This document shows, piece by piece, positions 1 to 9,997 of a stretch of DNA of 64,000 nucleotides. The notes beneath the pieces are model-generated. The model worked only from the letters and a program-made list of their open reading frames with translations. It was not told where the DNA came from and made no database searches. How positions within the stretch are numbered: position 1 is the first letter of the stretch; each line of letters begins with the position of its first letter. This DNA comes from Candidatus Eiseniibacteriota bacterium (GTDB lineage Bacteria > Eisenbacteria > RBG-16-71-46 > CAIMUX01 > VGJL01): the NCBI GenBank assembly GCA_963792585.1, contig CAWBWI010000001.1, positions 224,001 to 288,000 on the forward strand, read 5' to 3'. The translations under genes and the position numbers were made by a program.

Positions 1-11
1 ATGCATCCGTA

Positions 12-2846
12 ATGGTCGACGTCGGAGACGGATCATACTGGTTCTCGGTCCAGGCGTGTGACCATGAGTTCCCGCCGCAATGGGGTCGCCTTGCGGCGGG
101 GCAGGTAACAGGCCACCAATCTACGTTCCGTTCAGAGTACTTCGCCTACCCGGACTGGACTCAGATTGAGCAAGTCTTGGGTATCCCTCTGGACGTGAGT
201 CAGCGGTTCTATGCAGTTCCTTCGGTCCTCGGCGCGTGCTGCTTCGCAGATCGGCATTGCGAGTCCCTCTTGCCAGGGGACTGCGTTCAACTCGGGGGGG
301 CATGGCAGGGGTCCGAGAGCACCTGTGACCCGAATCCTTGCCCGTCCGTTCCGATGGCATGCTGTTTCCCCGATGGGCACTGCGAACCATTGTCTCAGGC
401 TGCCTGTGATCAAGGAGGGGGATCATCGGGCATCGGTGTGAGTTGTGAGCCGAACCCCTGTCCGCAACCCTCGATGGCATGCTGCCTCCCGGACTGGCAC
501 TGTGAGTTCGTCACCGAGAGCGCTTGCCGCTCCGAAGGTGGAAATCCACTCGGGTACCCGAGCACGTGTGACCCGAATCCATGCCCGTCGATTCCAATGG
601 CCTGCTGTTTCCCCGATGGGCACTGCGAGCAGTTGCCTCAGGCAGGTTGCGATGAGGGAGGGGGATCATCGGGCATCGTAATAAGCTGCGACCCAAACCC
701 CTGTCCCCCGCCGTCGATGGCGTGCTGCTTCCCGGACGGGCACTGTGAGTTCACCACGGAAAGCGTTTGCCGTTCCGAAGGTGGGAATCCACAGGGGTAC
801 CCGAGCACCTGCGATCAGGCATCCTGCCCACAGGCCGGCGCGTGCTGCAATCCAGCGACGGGGCATTGCATGGTGGTAACCGAAGATCTGTGCACGCCCC
901 CCAGCGTCTGGATGGGCGTGGAAGCTGCCTGCGATCCAAATCCCTGCCCTCAGCCGTCCGGCGCGTGCTGCAATCCGACCACGGGCGACTGCACGCTGAC
1001 GACGCAGGCGAGCTGCAGCGACAACTGGCACGGGGAGTGGACAAACTGCGATCCGAATCCTTGTCCGCAGCCGATCGGCGCGTGCTGCAATCCGACCACG
1101 GGCGGCTGTACGGTGACGATGCAGGCGAACTGCAGCTACAACTGGCATGGGGTGGGGACGACCTGCACCCCGAATCCGTGTCCGCAGCCCGGTGGCGCAA
1201 TCTATTATGTCCGTTCCGACGGGGGCGTACCCTCCTCGCCCCCCTATTTCCCGACGATCCAGGCGGCAATCAACTACGTGAACCTCGTGACAGGAGACGT
1301 GATCGAGCTGATCGGAACGCCCTTCACCGGCGTGGGGAACCGCGACGTGGACTTCAACGGAAAGCTGGTCACGGTTCGGTCCCAGGGTGGTGACCCCGAC
1401 CAGTGCGTCATCGATTGCCAGGGGGCCGGCCGGGGATTCGTGTTCCAGTCCGGAGAAGACAACCGGGCAGTGCTCGAGGCGATCACGATTTCCGGCGGGT
1501 ATATGGAGTTCGGGGGCGGTGGTGGAATCGCTATCTTCTCCTCCTCCTCGCCTTGGATCAAGGGCTGCAAGGTCGTCAACTGCATTATCGATCATGGCGG
1601 CGGGGGCGGCGTTGTTTGCGGCAACTCCGTTTCTCCTCTCTTGACCGACTGCGCGATCGTCGGCTGCAGTGCGGGGAGTCCTCGATATCCAGCGGCTGGA
1701 GGTAGTGGGATTTTCAGCGGTACATCGTCGCTCCTGACGATGCGGAACTGCGTTGTCGCCGACAACTACCTATATGGAGGAAACGGAGCTGGCATTGCCT
1801 GCGGCAACGGGGAGATATCCGGATGCACCATCAACTCCAACGATCAGCATGGCGGGGGGCGAGGGGGTGGGATCTACTGCGAGACGGGAGTCATCGCGAA
1901 CTGCAACATCCAAGGGAACTCTGGCGTGGAAGGGGCGGGTTGCGCGGCCGGGGCCAATACAACAATTCAGGACTGCGCGATCGCCAGTAACGTCAGTGAA
2001 GGTGGTGGTGGTGGTGTCATGGGTGACAGCCTGACGATCACAGGGTGCACGATCAGCGACAACAGTGGCGAAGCGGGCGGTATCTGGGGGAACGTCCTCC
2101 ATGTCAACGACTGTGTCATCACGGATAACGGCGGTTATTACGGCGCGATTCGAACTGCGAGTTCGAGCATCATCAGTTGCACCATCAGCGGCAACCGAGC
2201 ATATAGCCAGGTCGGTGCAGGCGGGCTGCTTGGAACTGACACGCAGGTGATCCAGACCATCCTGTGGGGAAACACGAACACGAACAACCCGCAGAACAAC
2301 GAATTGAACGGCTCGAACGTGACGCTCATCTGCTGCGATATCGACCCATCAGGCGCGACCGGCAGCATCACCTATCTTGGCCCGCAGGTGTTCTCGGATC
2401 CCCTCTTCTGTTGTCCGGTACCGTGTGAGGCCCCCCCCGAGGGGGACTACACTCTCCGGTCCGACTCCCCCTGCCTGCCCCAAGGCAACTACTGCGATCT
2501 CTTGATCGGAGCGCTCGGCCAGGGGTGTCTTGCCCCCGCAGGCATCGAGGATCACGTGGTTGAGGCGACGCTCGGTCTGATGCCGGGGAGGCCCAATCCG
2601 TTCGCCGATCAGACGGCAATCGTCTTTGGCCTCGCGAAGGAAGCAGTGATCGATCTCGCAATCTACGATGTGAGCGGTCGCTGCGTGCGGCGGCTCGCTT
2701 CGCGAACAGCTTACCCGGCCGGAGTTCATCAGATGATCTGGAAGCGCAACGACGACGCAGGACGAATCCTCCCCTCAGGCGTCTATGTCTGTCGGCTTCG
2801 TATGGGGGGAGAGGTGCAATCGAGCCGTCTGATCGTCCTGCGCTGA
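12..2846 (+). CDS. Secreted multidomain protein: 8 Cys-rich repeats, right-handed beta-helix, C-terminal FlgD-Ig-like domain (probably 5'-truncated by the window edge)
   Basis: 8x (G/M)ACC-x4-5-C...CxPNPC repeats; PTIQAAI..GD..G.GNRD.DF.GK start of the beta-helix with GGG/N-ladder repeats; PNPF...IYDVSGR.VR...W...D..G..LPSGVY tail. Confidence 0.85.
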   Translation: MVDVGDGSYWFSVQACDHEFPPQWGRLAAGQVTGHQSTFRSEYFAYPDWTQIEQVLGIPLDVSQRFYAVPSVLGACCFADRHCESLLPGDCVQLGGAWQGSESTCDPNPCPSVPMACCFPDGHCEPLSQAACDQGGGSSGIGVSCEPNPCPQPSMACCLPDWHCEFVTESACRSEGGNPLGYPSTCDPNPCPSIPMACCFPDGHCEQLPQAGCDEGGGSSGIVISCDPNPCPPPSMACCFPDGHCEFTTESVCRSEGGNPQGYPSTCDQASCPQAGACCNPATGHCMVVTEDLCTPPSVWMGVEAACDPNPCPQPSGACCNPTTGDCTLTTQASCSDNWHGEWTNCDPNPCPQPIGACCNPTTGGCTVTMQANCSYNWHGVGTTCTPNPCPQPGGAIYYVRSDGGVPSSPPYFPTIQAAINYVNLVTGDVIELIGTPFTGVGNRDVDFNGKLVTVRSQGGDPDQCVIDCQGAGRGFVFQSGEDNRAVLEAITISGGYMEFGGGGGIAIFSSSSPWIKGCKVVNCIIDHGGGGGVVCGNSVSPLLTDCAIVGCSAGSPRYPAAGGSGIFSGTSSLLTMRNCVVADNYLYGGNGAGIACGNGEISGCTINSNDQHGGGRGGGIYCETGVIANCNIQGNSGVEGAGCAAGANTTIQDCAIASNVSEGGGGGVMGDSLTITGCTISDNSGEAGGIWGNVLHVNDCVITDNGGYYGAIRTASSSIISCTISGNRAYSQVGAGGLLGTDTQVIQTILWGNTNTNNPQNNELNGSNVTLICCDIDPSGATGSITYLGPQVFSDPLFCCPVPCEAPPEGDYTLRSDSPCLPQGNYCDLLIGALGQGCLAPAGIEDHVVEATLGLMPGRPNPFADQTAIVFGLAKEAVIDLAIYDVSGRCVRRLASRTAYPAGVHQMIWKRNDDAGRILPSGVYVCRLRMGGEVQSSRLIVLR
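228..1190 (+). repeat. Tandem Cys-rich coding repeats, 8 units of ~39-41 aa, including a 243-bp two-unit duplication and a 117-bp duplication
   Basis: cgaatcc..gcccgtc at 331 recurs at 574; ggcgcgtgctgcaatccgaccacgggc at 960 recurs at 1077. Confidence 0.9.
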
Positions 2847-3286
2847 TCGGGAGCTGCCGAAGGTCAATCATCTGAGGTGGTGGGGCGATCTTCTCTCTGC
2901 CATGAGAGAGGGTCGCCCCTTCCTCTCATGCGGGGTCGCATCGCTGGGGTCGGTCGGGAGTGTCACGGTGGCGTGCGGAGTTGGAATCGGAGATCTGTCA
3001 GTAAACTGCCCCAAGCGGGGATCTGGACATGCGGGTTTTCGGTCTTGCCCGCCGTCCTCTTCGTTCCCAACTGCCGCGCAGTGGCACCCACCGACATCGG
3101 AAACGGTGCCGGGTCACGGAGGGAGCCGTGGACTTCTCGGCCGGGCTTCGCCATTGGCCGGCGAAGGCAGCCCTGTCGAAGCCCCACCCCGCTCCTTGCG
3201 CGGCGAATCGCGCGTCTGTTAGCGTCTCGCTCTGTCGCTCCCCCGGGCCGAGCGGCCCGCATGGGCATGTGACAAGCGGGAGGCAG

Positions 3287-4741
3287 ATGAAGACGCATCC
3301 GTGGCACCAACCCCTCGAGTTCGGCGACGCCGAAGCCCTGGTCCGCATCCTGGAGGACGCAAGTCCTGAGGAACTGGCCTCCGAGATCACGCGCCGTCTT
3401 GCGCGCAAGACGACGGAGGACGAGTTCTACCTGGCAGCGGGAAGGGCCGCTGTCCGCTCAACGCGAACCGAGGGATTGGGTTCGGGTCGGGTCCCCCACG
3501 GGCTCTACGTCCTGCGGTCCCATCGCGAACTCGGTGGCCGGCTTCCGCCCGATCTGCGGCCCTATCCACTCGTGGCCGCCTCGCGGCGCGTGCATGCCGA
3601 CATCCGGGATCCCCACTTTGGACCCGCGAGGCTCTTCGAGTTCGCGCCCCACGCCGAGGGAAACCGGGAGGAGATCCTGTTCTCGTACCTCGATGCGGTG
3701 CGCTCGGGCGACACCGATGTCGCCGACCACATCTTCGCCTGGCTCTTCAAGAACCTCCCTCCCGAGGAAGTTGCGGATCTGCTCTGGACCGGGGGACTCG
3801 AAGGGGTCTGCCTCGGCAGCTTCAAGCTCGCCGGAGCCATGGAGGTCTTCAATCTGCTCCAGGCCCTCGGCTGGCAGCATGGCGACGTGCTGCTGCGCGG
3901 CGTTGTCCGCCATCAGGCGCACCGCTTGGCCGGACCGAATCCGTTCGAAGCCTGCCGTGATCGGATCGCCGCGGAGGGATTGCTCGGCAAGGCGCGTCGA
4001 CGGTTACCGGGCGAGCGCGGCCGAGGCGAAGACGATCCCGCGGGAATCTGGCGCGTTGCGATCCAGTGGGCGGGTCTCGCGCCCCAAGCGCGAACCGATC
4101 TCGCCGTCAGGATGCTCGCGACCGACTGGACCCTTGAGGACTACTGGGAAGCGGTGGCCCTCGGTGCAGCGATCCTCTTCCTCGGGGCGAGCGTCTCGGG
4201 GTTGCCCGCGGCGCGGGCGGCGCAGCTCTATGTCTCGTTCCACGGCCTGCGGGGTCTGGTCCGTCACGGGAGCCTCGCCCAAAAGGTGATGGCGAGCCTT
4301 CTCGTCGGACGCACGCCCGAGTTCGCGCCGGTGGGGCCGGGGTGGGGAGATGCGGGCGTCAAGTTGCTGGAGGCGGGGTTGCGGGCGCAGCGGGTCTCGG
4401 TCGATCAGATCGGCCTGGCCTTCGAGGGATGGCAGGCGGAAGCGGCCCTGGGGTGCATCGCAGCTTCTTCGGTGGATCCGAACGGTCTGGCGAACATGAT
4501 TCCATTGATCGACAACCGGCTCGCTTTCCTGCACGGGCTGGAGGGAATGGGACCGGCGTTTCACCTCGCCCAGTGCGAGGCCTATCAGGCGGGCCGCTCG
4601 CCGCACCGGTGGGTGCATCTCGCGTGCAGCGCCTGGCTGTGCGCGATCTGGCCGGATCGGGGGCTCCTGGATGAGCCTGGTCTTGCCGAGCTAGCCGAGC
4701 GTCGCCGCAAGAGCCTCGCCCGCGATCGGAGGGGGCGTTAG
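3287..4741 (+). CDS. Hypothetical alpha-helical protein
   Basis: ATG at 3287 preceded by GGGAGG; long ORF with host-like codon usage. Confidence 0.7.
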   Translation: MKTHPWHQPLEFGDAEALVRILEDASPEELASEITRRLARKTTEDEFYLAAGRAAVRSTRTEGLGSGRVPHGLYVLRSHRELGGRLPPDLRPYPLVAASRRVHADIRDPHFGPARLFEFAPHAEGNREEILFSYLDAVRSGDTDVADHIFAWLFKNLPPEEVADLLWTGGLEGVCLGSFKLAGAMEVFNLLQALGWQHGDVLLRGVVRHQAHRLAGPNPFEACRDRIAAEGLLGKARRRLPGERGRGEDDPAGIWRVAIQWAGLAPQARTDLAVRMLATDWTLEDYWEAVALGAAILFLGASVSGLPAARAAQLYVSFHGLRGLVRHGSLAQKVMASLLVGRTPEFAPVGPGWGDAGVKLLEAGLRAQRVSVDQIGLAFEGWQAEAALGCIAASSVDPNGLANMIPLIDNRLAFLHGLEGMGPAFHLAQCEAYQAGRSPHRWVHLACSAWLCAIWPDRGLLDEPGLAELAERRRKSLARDRRGR

Positions 4742-4862
4742 AGTCCCACTTCACGCGGATCCGGCGGGGCCGGCGGGGTCCTGATACTCGGGCCGAAACG
4801 GATGGAATCGGGACTTGCGGGTTCCCCGACGGGTTTCCTAGAATCGAGACCAGATTGCCCGT

Positions 4863-4937
4863 GGCGCTATCGTCTAGGGGTCAGGACGGATGGTTCTCAG
4901 CCATCAAACCGGGGTTCGAATCCCCGTAGCGCTACCA
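4863..4937 (+). tRNA. tRNA-Glu (anticodon CTC)
   Basis: Acceptor stem GGCGCTA/TAGCGCT, anticodon arm GATGG-TTCTCAG-CCATC, T-loop GTTCGAATC, encoded 3' ACCA. Confidence 0.97.
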
Positions 4938-4977
4938 AACTCGAGGGGAGAGGGACTTCCGGAGTCCGTCTCCTTTT

Positions 4978-6303
4978 TCATCCCTGAAGCTCTCGCTCGC
5001 CCTTGCGCTCATCCACCGTCCAGAGGATCAGCCCCCCCACGAGGAAGAAGAGGCTGACCGATAGGATCGCGGGGCGCAGGCCGCCGGCGATCCAGGCGAT
5101 CGCCCCGAAGACCGCGGGGCCCAGGACCGACGCGAATCGCCCCGCGACGGAGAAGAATCCAAAGATCTCCGCCGAGCGTTGGGGGGGAATCCAGCGGGCG
5201 AGCAGCGAGCGTGAGACCGTCTGGATGCCGCCCAGGAACAGCCCGGCGGTCGCGCCGATCCACCAGAACTCCCGGCGGGGGGCGCCGAAGATCCCCGTCC
5301 AGCGCGCCCAGAGGGTGAGCAGGAAGAAGGCTGCGATCTGGACGAGGATCGTCTGCTTGTGCCCGACCCGGTCGGCGATCCCGCCGGCGAGGAGCGAGCC
5401 GATGAATCCGGTCGCCTGGATCAGGAGGAAGAGGAGGACCAGCTCCGCGTCGGCAAAGCCCAGCTCCGCTCCCGCGAAGATCGACGCGACCGCGACGATC
5501 GTCTGAATCGAATCGTTGTAGAGCAGGAAAGCGATCAAGTAACGGAGGAAGTGGGGAGACGCCTTCAAGCCCCGCAGGGTCGCAACCGCGCGATGGAGCG
5601 CCGCACCGACGCTCGCGCGCCCATGGGAGCTGGGCGGCAGCGGCTCCGGCCGTGTGAGCAGTGGAAGGGCGATCAGGATCCACCAGATTCCGGCGAGCGC
5701 GAAGGATGCGCGCAGAGCCGCCCCGGCATCGGCAAGACCGAAGATCGCCGGTTTCTGCAGCATGAGCAGGTTGATGCCGAGGACGATGCCGCCTCCCAGG
5801 TACCCGAGTCCCCATGCGAGACCGGAGATCCTGCCGAGTCGATTCTGCTCGACGAGACCCGGGAGCAGCGCGTTGTAGATGACCGACGCAAGCGCAAAGG
5901 CCGCGTAGGCGATCCCGAAGAGAATCGAGCCGCGCAGCCACGCGCCCGGACCGACGGTCGCGAGCAGAACGGTCGAGGATGCGCCGATGATCGTGAGGAC
6001 GCGCAGCATCGCCATCCTTCGTCCCGCCGCGTCGGCGAGGGCTCCAAGGGGTGGAGCGGCAATCGCGACGAAGAGCATTGTGACCGAGACGAGCCAGCTG
6101 TAGAGCGTCGCGCCGGGGACTGTCGCGCCGAGCAGACGAACGCCCGTCGGTCCCCCCGCGACCTGCTGGGCGAAGTACTTGTTGAAGAGGACGGCGAGGA
6201 TCGTCGTCGCAAATGCCGAGTCCGCAACATCGTAGAGGCAGAATGCCGCGATGGCGCCGCGATCCGATCCTCTAGGGCCGCTTTGGAACAGCCTTTTGCT
6301 CAC
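4978..6303 (-). CDS. MFS transporter, UMF1/Atg22-like family
   Basis: YDVADSAFATTI, YNALLP, IS...WGLGYLGG, YNDSIQTI and SRSLLARWIP..SAEIFGFF motifs; ~12 hydrophobic segments. Confidence 0.9.
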   Translation of the reverse strand: MSKRLFQSGPRGSDRGAIAAFCLYDVADSAFATTILAVLFNKYFAQQVAGGPTGVRLLGATVPGATLYSWLVSVTMLFVAIAAPPLGALADAAGRRMAMLRVLTIIGASSTVLLATVGPGAWLRGSILFGIAYAAFALASVIYNALLPGLVEQNRLGRISGLAWGLGYLGGGIVLGINLLMLQKPAIFGLADAGAALRASFALAGIWWILIALPLLTRPEPLPPSSHGRASVGAALHRAVATLRGLKASPHFLRYLIAFLLYNDSIQTIVAVASIFAGAELGFADAELVLLFLLIQATGFIGSLLAGGIADRVGHKQTILVQIAAFFLLTLWARWTGIFGAPRREFWWIGATAGLFLGGIQTVSRSLLARWIPPQRSAEIFGFFSVAGRFASVLGPAVFGAIAWIAGGLRPAILSVSLFFLVGGLILWTVDERKGERELQG

Positions 6304-6481
6304 GGATCCCTCCGCCGAGAACGCGAGTCGATTAACTTCACAAGCTCTTCACCGATCCTCGATTGCCCGTGATGCCTCGAACAGCTATACTACCAAACGG
6401 TTTGGCCGGAGGATCGCCATGCTCGGAGCGCCTGCCGGCGACATGCACCATGCTCCAGATCATCCGCAAGGAGGGCCCCTC

Positions 6482-8612
6482 ATGAGTCGACTGTTATTGC
6501 TCGCATTCTGCCTTTGTTGTATCGCGACCGCCGCCTTTGCGCAGGACGTGATCGTGATCAACGAAGCGATTTACGACAACACCGGGTCAGATGTTAACTG
6601 CTGGACCGAGCTGAAGGGAACGCCGGGCATGTCGCTCGACGGCTACAAGCTCCTAGGACATAACGGCAACGGCGGTCTCATCTATCGGACCATCGCCCTC
6701 GATGGCTTCGCGATCCCCGCTGACGGCTACTTCCTGGTCACACAGAACGGCACGACCCCGCCGGGCTCCGACATGGTTGCCAACGTTGACTGGCAGAACG
6801 GCCCGGACAGCATCCAGCTCACGAAGAATGTCGGTGGCGTGGACGTCATCGTCGACGCCGTGGGCTACGGCACCTTCACCAGCGAGATCTTCGGTGGCGA
6901 GGGAAGCCCATGCATCGGCCAGGGCACACCCCTGACCAACTCGATGGCCCGCTGCCCCGACGGCGCGGACTCGCAGAACAACTCGGTGGATTTCATCGCC
7001 GATCCGAATCCGACGCCGGGCGCGGCGAATGCAGGCTCCTGCGCGGCGGTCACGGGCGCTTGCTGCTTCGTCGACGGCACATGCCAGGTTCTGACGGAGC
7101 CCAACTGCACGGCCCTGACGGGCGTCTACCAGGGCGACGACACCGTATGTGACCCGAACCCTTGCCCGATCCCGCAGCCGACGGATCGCACTCTGTGCGA
7201 AATCGCGCAGGATACGTCCAACGGTCGTCCGTTCTACGAGGGTGAGTGGGTACGCATCCATGGAATATGCACCCTCGAGAGCAACACCTGGGCGGGGAGC
7301 CGGATCGAGTTCACGATCACCGACGGTGAATGCTGCACGAACGTCTTCAACGGCGGCGCGGCGACTCCGGTCATCCACGTCGGAGACGAGGTCGAGGTCG
7401 TGGGGACCGTGGGCTTCTTCAACGGCAAGACCCAGGTCACGACCCCGAACCTGACGATCAACGTCTTGAGCACGGGCAACCCGATCCCGGCCCCGGGTCT
7501 CGTCACGACCGGAGACTTTGCGGTCAACGGCGAGAACTACGAGAGCTGCCTGATCACGATGCACTGCGTCAGCATCATCAGCGGCACGTGGCCGGCGGTG
7601 AATACCGATGCGACGATCGTCGTCGACGACGGCACCGGGCCGTGCGATCTGCGGATCGACAGGGACACGAACATCGACGGCAGCGCCGGCGCCGACGGGT
7701 CCCTTCACGATCGTCGGGATCGCGTCTCAGTTCGACCAGGACGACCCGTGGACGAGCGGTTTCCAGATCATGCCGCGCTCGGTCGATGACCTGTACTTCA
7801 ACGACTGCGCGGCGGCGACGGGCGCCTGCTGCTTCACGGACGGACAATGCATCGTCGCCACGCAGGACGAGTGCGCGACGCAGGGAGGCAACTACGTCGG
7901 CGACGGCACGACCTGCCAGCCGAATCCGTGCGCGCAGCCCGAGGCCTGCTGCTTCCCCGACGGAAGCTGCCAGGTTCTGCTCCCCGACCTCTGCACCACC
8001 CAAGGTGGCACTCCCATGGGCCCGGGCACCTCGTGCGGCGAGCGGATCGACTGCCCGCAGCCTCCGCAGGCCTGCTGCTTCCCCGATGGAAGCTGCCTGG
8101 TCCTGACCCCGGAGGAGTGCGCGGTCCAGGGTGGCCAGGCGATGGGGAATGACACCGTGTGCGATCCGAATCCCTGCGAGCAGCCTCCTCAGGCTTGCTG
8201 CTTCCCCGACGGTCACTGCGAGTTCGTGAACGCCGACGTGTGCGGTCAGCTCGGTGGCGCGCCCCAGGGCTTCGGCACCGTCTGCGATCCGAATCCATGT
8301 CCCCAGCCCGCGATGGCGTGCTGCTTCACGGACGGTCACTGCGAGGTTCTGACCTCGGCGCGGTGCTTGGAGCTTGGTGGCGAGCCGCAGGGCTTTGGCA
8401 CCGACTGCGAGCCGAACGACTGTCCCCAGCCGCCGCCCACCGGCGCCTGCTGCCTCGACGATCAGGGCCGCTGCGAGGTCCTGTCGGAGGCCGGGTGTGC
8501 CGAGGCGAACGGCCAGTACCAGGGAGACGGCACGACGTGTGAGCCCAATCCCTGCCCGATCGTGCCGACACAGGGCACGACTTGGGGTCAGATCAAGGCG
8601 AACTACCGCTAG
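6482..8612 (+). CDS. Secreted protein: lamin-tail-like domain, OB-fold-like region, 7 Cys-rich repeats, C-terminal TWGQIKANYR motif (frameshift near 7690)
   Basis: Signal peptide MSRLLLLAFC..AFA; IVINE..YDN.G.D..WTELKG and PTPGAAN; ORFs 6251..7789 and 7608..8612 join at NIDGS/APTGPFTIVGI. Confidence 0.85.
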
Positions 8613-8642
8613 TTCGATCGGGCCTAAGGCCCGTCTATCCAG

Positions 8643-8674
8643 GAGAGCCCGCCCCCATGAGGGGGCGGGCTCTC
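8643..8674. terminator. GC-rich hairpin between convergent genes, probable terminator
   Basis: Perfect 14-bp stem GAGAGCCCGCCCCC-ATGA-GGGGGCGGGCTCTC; no U-tract. Confidence 0.65.
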
Positions 8675-8706
8675 GTCGTAGGAGGATCGAGCTCGGGGGC
8701 CCGGAT

Positions 8707-9540
8707 CTAGCGGGAGTCGAGGAGGCCGGAGAGCGCGTAGAAGACGATCGCGCCGGCGGCGGCGACACCGAGCGATTCGACCCCCTTCGCCATCGGAATC
8801 CGGACGGACCCGTCGCATGCGGCGCGAGCGTTCGCGTCGAGGCCCGAGCCCTCGCTGCCGAATACGACGGCCGTGGGGCGGTCGAGCTTGATCGCGTTCA
8901 AGGGAACGTCCCCGCGAGCATCGAGTGCGACGAGCCGATAGCCGCCCCGACGGAGCGTCTCCCATACGGTCTCCGGGGCGAGGTCGACGGCGATCGGCAG
9001 CCGGAACGAGGCGCCCATCGACCCACGGACGGCCCGCGGGTGGAATGGATCGACCGTGCCCGACGTCGTGATGATCCCCGACAGGCCCGCGGCAAGGGCC
9101 GTTCGCACGAGCGCCCCCGCGTTCGTCGGATCCTGGAGCCCATGGAGCACCGCAACGAGCGGATGGCGCGCGGCATCCGGCGCGGCGAGCAGCAAGGCGG
9201 CATCCGTGTGCGGGCGCGCGAAGATCCCGATGGCCCCCTGGGGGGTGGCGAGGGTGGAAACCGCTTCCAGGACCGGGGCACTCGCGAGCGTGATCCGCGC
9301 GTGGCGTCGGCCGGCCGCCGTGCGGATCGAAGGAGCGTCCGGGTCCTCGGGATCGAGCAGGATCAAACGGGGCTCGAGTCCCGCTTCGATCGCATCGCGA
9401 ACGATGGTGACGCCGTCGGCGAGCAGGACCCCCTGACGGCGGGCCAGGCGCGGATCACGCGCGATGCGCCGGGCCTCCTGCACCTTCGCATTCTGACGCG
9501 AACGCAGGATCTCTTCCGTATGGCGGGTCGGGTCAGGCAC
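8707..9540 (-). CDS. RNA methyltransferase, TrmH (SPOUT) family
   Basis: LQDPTNAGALVRTA, RGSMGA, FGSEGSGL and IPM..VESLGVA motifs. Confidence 0.93.
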   Translation of the reverse strand: MPDPTRHTEEILRSRQNAKVQEARRIARDPRLARRQGVLLADGVTIVRDAIEAGLEPRLILLDPEDPDAPSIRTAAGRRHARITLASAPVLEAVSTLATPQGAIGIFARPHTDAALLLAAPDAARHPLVAVLHGLQDPTNAGALVRTALAAGLSGIITTSGTVDPFHPRAVRGSMGASFRLPIAVDLAPETVWETLRRGGYRLVALDARGDVPLNAIKLDRPTAVVFGSEGSGLDANARAACDGSVRIPMAKGVESLGVAAAGAIVFYALSGLLDSR

Positions 9541-9997
9541 CCTTGGAGAGGATCTCTTCGACGAGCCGACGGACGAGCGCCGCGTCGACCTCGTCCTTGC
9601 GGCCCTTCATCACGAATCCGATCGCGCGGCCCGATTGGGCGGGGTCCGTGATCCCGCTCTCCTTGATCGCAGCCTCGACCATCGCGCGCGTCGCCGCTTC
9701 GTCGAGATACCTCGGCTGGTAGTCCGCGAGATATTGGATTTCCCAGGTGAGCTTTTCGATATGCGCCGCCCCCGCTTCGCCGCCCTTCTCGAACTCCGCG
9801 ATCGCCCGGGTCAACTGCTTCACGTAGGCCGCGGCCACCTCGCGAACGACCGCGTCCGTTACCTCGCCCTTGAAGCCGGCGGAAGTCCGCTTTTCGATCA
9901 CCTTCGACTTCAGCATCCTGAGACACTCCGCCGCGCGCTGGTCGTGCGACTTCATGGCTGTGTGGAGCTTCTGATCGATCTCTTCCAACAGACTCAT
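9533..9997 (-). CDS. GatB/YqeY domain protein
   Basis: MSLLEEIDQKLHTAMKS..LRMLKS; E..YLADYQP; G..IGFVMK; GGAGG RBS. Confidence 0.88.
   Translation of the reverse strand: MSLLEEIDQKLHTAMKSHDQRAAECLRMLKSKVIEKRTSAGFKGEVTDAVVREVAAAYVKQLTRAIAEFEKGGEAGAAHIEKLTWEIQYLADYQPRYLDEAATRAMVEAAIKESGITDPAQSGRAIGFVMKGRKDEVDAALVRRLVEEILSKGA

Noticed and set aside
4863..4937. tRNA-Glu as the integration site of the mobile element
   Set aside because: Flanked by core genes; I saw no duplicate of its 3' end elsewhere in the window.
228..8560. CRISPR array or DGR template/variable repeats
   Set aside because: The repeats are in-frame coding units with codon-type divergence; no spacers, cas genes or reverse transcriptase are present.
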